35,328 nucleotides of DNA from a virus. Location: the IMG/VR virus record IMGVR_UViG_3300020583_000009, one strand, 5' to 3'. The position numbers and the translations under genes were made by a program. The notes beneath the pieces were generated by a model. The model had not been told where the DNA came from and did not search any database. It was given only the letters and a program-made list of their open reading frames with translations. Of the stretch, positions 29,321-35,328 are shown in pieces (position 1 is the stretch's first letter; each line of letters begins with the position of its first letter).

Positions 29321-29824
29321 TTAAAGATCGAATGGTATATCATCGTCAATAAGCGGTGGTGGTGTATCGCCATTCGGTACACCGCTTGCCCCTTGATCGC
29401 CTTTCTTGATATAGTCCTCGATTTTGTTCTTATCAAAGTAACGAGTACCCAAGGGTTTGCCTTTTAACTTATCTTGAGGGATTTCGCTACCCTGTTCGAC
29501 AACTATTTTAACTTGTACTGTTCTATTGATTGCCGTTTGGGAACAAAGTTTTCCAGATTCATATTCTTTTAAGATACCTGCGGACTCTGCAAAGTGAACG
29601 ACCTTCCACATCATTTGTTTGGTGAACACTAAAAAGTCACGAACGTCATGCGTTTTGCCGTTTTCATCGTACACGGTTACGGTCATGTCCATCATAGGAT
29701 TGCCAGAGTTTGCGGACGTTGTATCTTGTGACGCAGTAATAACCGCGTCATAGATACCTTCCTTCATCAACTGAAACCTTTCGTTCATTGCATCCTGCTC
29801 GCTCATTACATCATAGTGAAACAT
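29321..29824 (-). CDS. ssDNA-binding protein candidate (DUF669-like) with SSB-type acidic tail
   Basis: 167 aa. Ends PPPLIDDDIPFDL (compare the bacterial SSB C-terminus DDDIPF). Directly downstream of the Sak4-like ATPase. GGGAGAA RBS. Confidence 0.7.
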   Translation of the reverse strand: MFHYDVMSEQDAMNERFQLMKEGIYDAVITASQDTTSANSGNPMMDMTVTVYDENGKTHDVRDFLVFTKQMMWKVVHFAESAGILKEYESGKLCSQTAINRTVQVKIVVEQGSEIPQDKLKGKPLGTRYFDKNKIEDYIKKGDQGASGVPNGDTPPPLIDDDIPFDL

Positions 29825-29827
29825 ACT

Positions 29828-30673
29828 TTATTCTCCCTGTATTTTAGATTTAAGATGGTCGATACACTTCTGGATAGAATCCTTTTGCATGTCTTCCCAG
29901 CTCTCAGAGCTAGCCTTATCAAGCCACTTCTGAAAGGTTTCTTCTGGCACCTTAAGCAAATCGATTAATCGTGTAATCTCTTTGACTTGCTCAGGCTCCG
30001 CCAATTCTTGCGCCACTGCTTCACGCTCAATAACTGCTTTACCGTAACGCCCTGCAATCTCTTCGTAAGAGAACGGGAACGTGTCACTGTCTTGGAATGT
30101 CTCAAAGCGTGACTTCTTCACGATACCCACACGGTGCGTTCCGCGCTTTTGAATCTCAAACACGAGATCGAAAAGGTAATCTAGTTTCTTGTAACAATCA
30201 AACGTCTGCCCTAAAACCGCCAAATTCTGCCCGTACTCGTTCTTTGAGTGCGAAGTGATAATAACATTCATGTCGAGCCTAAAGAGCAGGTTAAGCAACT
30301 GCTTCATGCGTTTGTTGGCCTCTCCATAGTGACGGCCAAAGTCTGTTCCTACTTTGCGCTCGGCTTTCTCCAGCAAATCGTTGTACGCTAATGTTAAGGA
30401 GTCGAGAATCAAAGTCTTATAATCGTGCTTTGTTGTTAATAGCTCTCGTACTTCGTTAATCATCTCATCAAAGTCTACGGTCATGAGTACGGCACCGTCT
30501 GATTTCTCAATAAGCCTTACGTATTGTGGCTTGTTGGTTGACCCTTCCGTATCAATGATATAGGGCTTTGGGAATTGAATCGCAGCATAAGTTTTACCTA
30601 CCCCGGCAGACCCATAGAACAATGCTTTAAGTCTGCAATCAACTACTGATGGTTTCTTTGCTTTTAACGCCAT
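29828..30673 (-). CDS. Sak4-like RecA-fold ATPase (AAA_24-type recombination protein)
   Basis: 281 aa from ATG 30673 (AGGAG RBS). Walker A GSAGVGKT and Walker B-like TLILDSLT. The track start 30706 adds 11 hydrophobic residues. Confidence 0.78.
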   Translation of the reverse strand: MALKAKKPSVVDCRLKALFYGSAGVGKTYAAIQFPKPYIIDTEGSTNKPQYVRLIEKSDGAVLMTVDFDEMINEVRELLTTKHDYKTLILDSLTLAYNDLLEKAERKVGTDFGRHYGEANKRMKQLLNLLFRLDMNVIITSHSKNEYGQNLAVLGQTFDCYKKLDYLFDLVFEIQKRGTHRVGIVKKSRFETFQDSDTFPFSYEEIAGRYGKAVIEREAVAQELAEPEQVKEITRLIDLLKVPEETFQKWLDKASSESWEDMQKDSIQKCIDHLKSKIQGE

Positions 30674-30728
30674 TTTAAAACTCCTAACAATTATAATTAT
30701 GCTCATTTAAGAGCGTAGATAAACCCCA

Positions 30729-30775
30729 TATTCGCTCATTCGCCCTAAATTCGCTTTTTGACCGAATAAGCGAAT
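30729..30775. repeat. Cluster of TTCGC/TTCGGT repeats (3 direct, 2 inverted)
   Basis: TTCGC at 30731, 30739 and 30750. ACCGAA at 30761-30766 and GCGAA at 30770-30774 on the opposite strand. Lies in the intergenic region upstream of the Sak4-like gene. Confidence 0.5.
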
Positions 30776-30782
30776 AAAGTGT

Positions 30783-30992
30783 TTATCTGCGCTGCCCGTT
30801 TATACATTCAATAACCATATAAAAAGCGGCAAGCATTCCTTTTTCTTCTCCACGTTCAAGACCAAGACGCCACGTTTCGCCAATGTCTGTGAAGGCTTCA
30901 AAGTCGTTAGGGTGTTTTTCAACTTCGTCTTCCCAATAGTCGATTCGATGCTGTACCCAGTTTTTGACCTGCTCCAAAGTAGTTCTTTCCAC
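30783..30992 (-). CDS. Hypothetical protein (69 aa, GTG start)
   Basis: GTG 30992 lies 7 nt after AGAGGA. Preferred over the overlapping basic ORF 30800..31081. Confidence 0.5.
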   Translation of the reverse strand: MERTTLEQVKNWVQHRIDYWEDEVEKHPNDFEAFTDIGETWRLGLERGEEKGMLAAFYMVIECINGQRR

Positions 30993-31056
30993 GTTCTTGT
31001 CCTCTTAAAATTCATTCTCTCGGCTGCTGTTACTTGATCTTTCATAAAATAAGTCA

Positions 31057-31299
31057 TTATCCCTCTCCACTTTCTAAGCAATCGATGTGTCCTATGGCTG
31101 CAAACTCAGCTTCCTGTGCTGTATCAAAGTACTCGTCTGCTTCTCTTATGATTGGGCAACCTAACCAGAAATGTTGCTCCCCACCCTTATCAAGTATCTT
31201 GTAGTAGTAATACTTTGTGTCCGGGTAGTCATCGTCTGGATATGCCCAAATCTCGTAATCGTAGTAGCTGTATCGGTCTTCCCGTACTAGCGTCTCCAT
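31057..31299 (-). CDS. Hypothetical Tyr/Asp-rich protein (80 aa)
   Basis: GGTGATG RBS. Contains YSYYDYEIWAYPDDDYPDTKYYYY. Confidence 0.6.
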   Translation of the reverse strand: METLVREDRYSYYDYEIWAYPDDDYPDTKYYYYKILDKGGEQHFWLGCPIIREADEYFDTAQEAEFAAIGHIDCLESGEG

Positions 31300-31808
31300 A
31301 CGACATCACCATGATCCATGTCTTGCTCTGATCGATAACCCGCTTCATGCATTTCATTGCAATAGTAATCTTGGCACGCGGTATCAATCAGTTCTTGCAA
31401 GGTTTTGTGGTAGTATTTGAGTACGTTTACAGTCGTAACTTGTGCGAATTTGGCACGTGTTTTGGGGTTAGAATCTTTGAACATGGCAAGCATTGCGCAA
31501 AGAAAATCGCTATTTAAAGTCTGATCTTCTCCATAGCAAGCCCACTCTATTTCACGATCAATTGACTCTATGTATAGTCTGGCAAGCTCAAGCTGGCAGG
31601 GTGAGGAAAGTTTATCAAGGTCAAGCTCGTAGTTATCGCCTATGTGTTTACCATAGCTATAAACTAGCTCTTGAAGGTAATCATTTAGATTACGTTGATG
31701 GTCTGAAATTTTCGTTACTCCTGTAACTAGCCCCTTGAAACCAAACGGGTCATCATTCCATGATGTTTGCTTTTGCGTGTTAAAATACGCTAAACTTAAT
31801 GCGTTCAT
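31287..31808 (-). CDS. Hypothetical protein (173 aa)
   Basis: ATG 31808 lies 6 nt after AAGGTG. The track start 31817 is GTG inside that SD. Confidence 0.6.
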   Translation of the reverse strand: MNALSLAYFNTQKQTSWNDDPFGFKGLVTGVTKISDHQRNLNDYLQELVYSYGKHIGDNYELDLDKLSSPCQLELARLYIESIDREIEWACYGEDQTLNSDFLCAMLAMFKDSNPKTRAKFAQVTTVNVLKYYHKTLQELIDTACQDYYCNEMHEAGYRSEQDMDHGDVVWRR

Positions 31809-31883
31809 ATAATTCACCTTTGAAACGTAGTTACTTGAACACCGGGGTTGTAGGGTCGTAACCTATAACCTCAGACTTATTTA

Positions 31884-32057
31884 CTACTCATTGAAACTTC
31901 TTTTTACCGACTCCGTTGCTGCTGTAAACCCTTTTAAATACCACTCAAATACTAAGTCATTCACTTTATGCTTTAACATTTCTGGGCTGTGAAGATTAAA
32001 TATATGATCTATTTGCTCTTTAATTTTGTTATCTATTTTAACCGCGTCATTTTCCAT
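31884..32057 (-). CDS. Hypothetical protein (57 aa)
   Basis: ATG 32057. The track start 32066 is GTG too close to AAGGAAA. Confidence 0.5.
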   Translation of the reverse strand: MENDAVKIDNKIKEQIDHIFNLHSPEMLKHKVNDLVFEWYLKGFTAATESVKRSFNE

Positions 32058-32084
32058 TGTAAACACATTTCCTTAAATAATTAT

Positions 32085-32276
32085 TTAATTATCGTCATCA
32101 TTATTATCGATGGAAGAATTCTTTTTTTCCAACTTCTTTTTGTAGTCACTTAAACATTTTGTGACCAATGCAGTCATAGAACAGTCTTGTTTAATAGCAG
32201 TCTGCTTTAAAAATATTAACAAATCCTTGTCTATTCTCATGTTGAAGGTATTGATACCGTTCGCTAGTTTTGCCAT
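32085..32276 (-). CDS. Ribbon-helix-helix (Arc/CopG-like) regulator, first gene of the leftward operon
   Basis: 63 aa from ATG 32276 (AGAGGA 8 nt upstream). INTFNMRIDKDLLIFLKQTAIKQDCSMTALVTKCL is the beta-strand-helix-helix pattern. Confidence 0.68.
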   Translation of the reverse strand: MAKLANGINTFNMRIDKDLLIFLKQTAIKQDCSMTALVTKCLSDYKKKLEKKNSSIDNNDDDN

Positions 32277-32318
32277 CTTATACATCCTCTTTTTTGTTGT
32301 TAGTTACTGATGTGAGTA

Positions 32319-32347
32319 AATATAGCAATAATCATTTACGTATGCAA
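32319..32347 (-). promoter_or_regulatory. Leftward early promoter candidate TTGCAT-N17-TATATT
   Basis: -35 is the reverse complement of 32342-32347. -10 is the reverse complement of 32319-32324. One arm of the inverted repeat lies in the spacer and -35. Confidence 0.5.
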
Positions 32348-32378
32348 GCACTAAATTAAAAAATGTACGAAAATGATT
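32330..32378. promoter_or_regulatory. 13-bp inverted repeat AATCATTTACGTA / TACGAAAATGATT (operator candidate)
   Basis: Arms at 32330-32342 and 32366-32378. 12/13 complementary, 23-bp spacer. Confidence 0.5.
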
Positions 32379-32507
32379 AAAAGATTATATTGGTATTTAC
32401 ATGGGTATGATTTTTGTATTACGATTACTGAAAATTAGATACACTAGAAGGGTTAGCAGCAATCAACTTCATGTTCCATGCTGCTGGAACTTTTTATAGT
32501 CGCATGA

Positions 32508-33431
32508 TTGTCATCCGCCAAGACCATCAATCGTGCTTTTGAACTACCGGACGCCAATGTTTGGCAAGAAATCGGCACAGTGCGTCCATACACTAAGGGC
32601 AATTATATAATGAGCATCGTTAAAAATACACCCCATTATTTAAAACACTCGCAATTTCCGTTCACCACTGTACTAAATAAGACCATCGAAGCTATAAAAG
32701 ACCCTGCATCTCTTGGTATTTACTTGTATCTCACCTCAAAACCCGATGATTGGGAAATATCCGAAACGAATTTAAAGAACCGATTTGGCAAAGGGCGTGA
32801 CTTTATCCGCGCAAGGCTATCTGATTTAAAGAAGATTGGACTCTTGAAAAGCGTTGCAGTAAAGAACACCCGTGGCCAAGTATGTAGATGGGAAACGATT
32901 TTATACACCGAAGTCCAGAATACGGAAAACAAGGAATGTGGTGTACATAACCAGATACCTGAAAACCCACCTTCTGGAGAAACCAGTGATCAGGCAGATC
33001 CACCTACAACAAATAAAGGATCTTTACAAAAGAAAGATATTAACAATCACACACACAGCGTGGAACACGATTTATTTTTGGAGTCTGAACAACAAAGAAA
33101 AGCCCTGATGCTCAGAGCTAAGACCGTGAAGCATGAGAAATGCCACGAACTGTACGAACAATTACCCATAGACGTTAAAAACGATAAGAGTTTTGAGGAA
33201 ATACACGATGAGTGTGTTACCCATTATGCAACCCAAGCAGAGCCACAAATGGTAAGCCCACAAAGGCTTATGTCTTGGATTAAACGAGACATCAAATACC
33301 ACGCAAGCCAATCACAAGCCCCAAAGCAATACAAAAAGCCTGGCGATTCCTTCAACGAGTTCATGAACCAAAACAAACAACAAGGTACGACCTATGAGCA
33401 ATCAGGTAGCGTATATGACCCACTCCGTTAA
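32508..33431 (+). CDS. Replication initiator, O-like / winged-helix replisome organiser
   Basis: 307 aa (TTG start; alternative ATG 32610). FPFTTVLNKTIEAIKDPASLGIYLYLTSKPDDWEISETNLKNRFGKGRDFIRARLSDLKKIGLL is the typical wHTH initiator N-domain. Confidence 0.72.
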   Translation: MSSAKTINRAFELPDANVWQEIGTVRPYTKGNYIMSIVKNTPHYLKHSQFPFTTVLNKTIEAIKDPASLGIYLYLTSKPDDWEISETNLKNRFGKGRDFIRARLSDLKKIGLLKSVAVKNTRGQVCRWETILYTEVQNTENKECGVHNQIPENPPSGETSDQADPPTTNKGSLQKKDINNHTHSVEHDLFLESEQQRKALMLRAKTVKHEKCHELYEQLPIDVKNDKSFEEIHDECVTHYATQAEPQMVSPQRLMSWIKRDIKYHASQSQAPKQYKKPGDSFNEFMNQNKQQGTTYEQSGSVYDPLR

Positions 33432-34305
33432 TCGGGAAATCATCACACGCCTATTTGCTAAGTTTGCTAATCGTTACGGTAAGATTTGGACGACAAGACT
33501 AGGTGAAGGTGGCGACTGGAACGCGTGCGCTGATGATTGGCTGGAAGAGTTGCAACAATTTGACCTTGGCGTACTACGCGAAGGGGTTAGCGTAGCACTC
33601 GCAACCTGCAAAGAATATCCGCCAACCCTTGGGCAATTGATTGATCTATGCCTGAAAGCAAGCGGTGTTCCTGAACCTTCGCAATTAATCCGCATGATGA
33701 CAGCAAAAGACTTTAGCCATCCCGTGGTAAAGATGGTCTATGACAAGATTGGTTCATGGAAGCTGTCCAATGGTAGCGAGAAAGAGATAGCCCAATTGGT
33801 GCGTGACCAATACGACACGATGGTTAATACCTTCAAGTCTGAGCCTCAACAATGCTGGCAAAAGTTAACAGACTTCAACGCCAAGCCAAAGGAATTGCCA
33901 CCGCCTGATAAGATACCGAACAAAGACGAGATGAAATCGTTTCGTGAATGTATGACTCGGTGCCAAGAGATACTTAGCGAGAAAAAGATAGCCGGAGGCG
34001 GTAAAGCCTACAAAGAATTTGATGCAAACAAAATAAAGCAGGGTCACAAAGAGTTCGATCAGGGTGTGTTTGATGAGTACAAAGCGTACTTGATAGGCAT
34101 TCCAGAAACGGAAACCATGATTTTACCAGCTACGTATTTAATGCAGAGAAATAAGTTTTTAAACATGGCAGAGCAAGCAGAATGGTTAAAGAAGCAAGGC
34201 TACGTACCGCCTAAAGAGCGGGAAGGGTTTGCATCTCCGAAAGGCTCTGATAGAAGTGGCGCAGGTAAACCCGTGAAGGTTTACAAGAATTGGGCGCATG
34301 ACTGA
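33394..34305 (+). CDS. Lambda P-like replication protein (helicase loader candidate)
   Basis: 303 aa. LFAKFANRYGKIW...WLEELQQFDLGVLREGVSVALATCKEYPPTLGQLIDLC parallels lambda P (...PFLPSPGQFVAWC). Follows the O-like gene. Confidence 0.6.
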   Translation: MSNQVAYMTHSVNREIITRLFAKFANRYGKIWTTRLGEGGDWNACADDWLEELQQFDLGVLREGVSVALATCKEYPPTLGQLIDLCLKASGVPEPSQLIRMMTAKDFSHPVVKMVYDKIGSWKLSNGSEKEIAQLVRDQYDTMVNTFKSEPQQCWQKLTDFNAKPKELPPPDKIPNKDEMKSFRECMTRCQEILSEKKIAGGGKAYKEFDANKIKQGHKEFDQGVFDEYKAYLIGIPETETMILPATYLMQRNKFLNMAEQAEWLKKQGYVPPKEREGFASPKGSDRSGAGKPVKVYKNWAHD

Positions 34306-34520
34306 TGCATAGGGCGTTATGGATAGCGCGAAAGAATTATTTATGCGGACTCATTAAAAAAGTTTCTGATGGGCATGGCGGTGATAACATTGAATTTTTG
34401 CGCCAACACTGCAAAGAAGTGTTACACGCTCACCCTGATGAGAAAATAGAGGAGGCCATCAGATGCTATGAAGAGATGGTCGAACAGTTGAAATACTACC
34501 CAGAAAGGAAGCTGAAATGA
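34305..34520 (+). CDS. Hypothetical protein (71 aa)
   Basis: TGATG coupling to the P-like gene. Confidence 0.58.
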   Translation: MHRALWIARKNYLCGLIKKVSDGHGGDNIEFLRQHCKEVLHAHPDEKIEEAIRCYEEMVEQLKYYPERKLK

Positions 34521-34681
34521 GTACGATTCAAGGAGAGAAAGCAAAGAAGTTTGTTGCGTGGCTTGCTTGTGTGAAAGGATTTTTACCCAATAGCATGACC
34601 ATTAATGAGGCATCAGAAATATTTTTACGCCGATGTAAGGACGAAGAGGAAGCAAAGACAAATGAAAAGAAAGACAGTTAG
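34517..34681 (+). CDS. Hypothetical protein (54 aa)
   Basis: ATGA overlap. AAGGAA 6 nt upstream. Translation MSTIQGEKAKKFVAWLACVKGFLPNS... Below the track cutoff. Confidence 0.45.
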   Translation: MSTIQGEKAKKFVAWLACVKGFLPNSMTINEASEIFLRRCKDEEEAKTNEKKDS

Positions 34682-34731
34682 TTTACGCGACCAACAGGAA
34701 GTTCTAGCGTTGATGAAGATTTTATACGGAA

Positions 34732-35139
34732 ATGATGAGGTCAAGGATGACACGCAAATTTCTGATTCCAACAGAGAATCAAGAGCAAAGGGCATTGGTG
34801 AAGTGGTTGAGTCTGCACCCGTTGCTGAAAGAATATTTTTACAAGAATAATAACGAGGGCAAGCGGACGGAAGCCCAGACTTGGAATCTAAAGTTGATGG
34901 GATTACGTCCAGGTGTGAGTGACTTGTTCATTCCCTACCCTAGCAAAACCAAGTTATATGCTGGCTTATGGTTGGAAGTGAAGCGCAATATGCACTATCC
35001 ACCATCAGCAAGGAAGTCTGAAACTTGGATTAATCAGGAAATTTGGATTGATAGAATGAAAGGCGTTGGTTTCGATGGTCACTTCTGCTATGGTTGGGAA
35101 GATGGCAAGCGAATCATCGAGTGCTATCTCTCCGCTTGA
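34732..35139 (+). CDS. VRR-NUC domain nuclease
   Basis: 135 aa. ENQEQRALVKWL ... GLRPGVSDLFI ... GLWLEVKR matches the PD-(D/E)xK VRR-NUC pattern. Start is ATG 34732, 34735 or 34747. Confidence 0.78.
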   Translation: MMRSRMTRKFLIPTENQEQRALVKWLSLHPLLKEYFYKNNNEGKRTEAQTWNLKLMGLRPGVSDLFIPYPSKTKLYAGLWLEVKRNMHYPPSARKSETWINQEIWIDRMKGVGFDGHFCYGWEDGKRIIECYLSA

Positions 35140-35184
35140 TTTTCTATTATTATTAATTTGTTTCATGAAAACTTCCTTGCTTTC

Positions 35185-35210
35185 TAGCCCTAGCAATAGG
35201 GCTATTTACT
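35185..35210 (+). terminator. Hairpin terminator at the end of the rightward early operon, immediately upstream of the lysis genes
   Basis: TAGCCCTA-GCAA-TAGGGCTA (8-bp stem, tetraloop) followed by TTTACT. Spans the start of the 127-bp repeat. Confidence 0.55.
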
Positions 35211-35328
35211 GCTAAACTTAAATCAACAAGACAAGGAAAGTTATCATGCCAAAATTTAGTCAAAGTTCATTCTCGAAACTAAGTACCTGTCATCCCGACT
35301 TACAAGCCTTGTTCTACGAGGTGATCAA
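35202..35328. repeat. Terminal direct repeat copy 2 (identical to 1..127)
   Basis: Same 127 nt as the window start. Contains the 5' end of the endolysin gene a second time. Confidence 0.95.

Noticed and set aside
30800-31081. 93-aa basic ORF overlapping 30783..30992
   Set aside because: The alternative frame (GTG 30992 after AGAGGA) gives an acidic, globular-looking protein and leaves normal gene spacing. The call remains uncertain.
32872-33108. 78-aa alternative-frame ORF inside the O-like gene that contains the third ACAAGGAATGTG copy plus GTG GTG
   Set aside because: The SD-to-GTG spacing is only ~4 nt and the product is a basic off-frame-looking peptide. A nested gene is possible but unsupported.
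34605-34850. 81-aa ORF bridging the 54-aa gene and the VRR-NUC gene
   Set aside because: It overlaps both neighbours extensively. The VRR-NUC domain begins at residue ~13 of the 34732 ORF, so that start must be real.
1-35328. Integrase, transposase, CRISPR array, rRNA, toxin-antitoxin pair or retron
   Set aside because: I found no ORF with tyrosine- or serine-recombinase, DDE or reverse-transcriptase motifs. There is no spacer-repeat array. The repeats found are short regulatory-type iterons only.

Overview
The window is one complete, circularly closed dsDNA phage genome. Bases 1-127 are repeated exactly at 35202-35328, so the unique length is 35201 bp. The layout is a lambdoid/P22-like mosaic with three transcription blocks.

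(1) A + strand lysis and late block runs from 45 to 23165. It encodes:
- a T5-type M15 endolysin and a holin-like protein;
- a TerS-like HTH protein;
- a 2.1-kb cluster of eleven tiny ORFs, including a Lar-like and an NrdR-zinc-ribbon-like protein;
- TerL, portal, scaffold and a P22-coat-like major capsid protein;
- a P22 gp10-like tail hub;
- three Gly/Gln/Met-rich ejection-type proteins, one carrying a GNAT motif;
- three fibre-like proteins, the last with an AT-rich LRR-like distal module.

(2) A - strand early-left operon runs from 32276 down to 23162. It encodes an RHH regulator, ORFans, a Sak4-like ATPase with a DDDIPF-tailed ssDNA-binding candidate, a metallophosphoesterase coupled to a DUF2829 protein, a DnaB-N-terminal-domain-only protein and a WGR protein. 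It is interrupted by one + strand secreted-protein moron.

(3) A + strand early-right operon runs from 32508 to 35139. It encodes an O-like initiator, a lambda-P-like loader and a VRR-NUC nuclease. It ends at a hairpin terminator directly in front of the lysis genes, across the circular junction.

I found no integrase, CI-type repressor, transposase, rRNA, canonical tRNA or CRISPR array.

Sequence-level oddities:
- a recurring CACA-SD-TGTG motif at late-gene starts;
- phased TTCGGT iterons;
- a TTTCCC/GGGAAA palindrome array;
- a tRNA-like cloverleaf;
- a scar of fibre-module exchange.

All functional calls rest on motif recognition by eye and on synteny. No database search was run.
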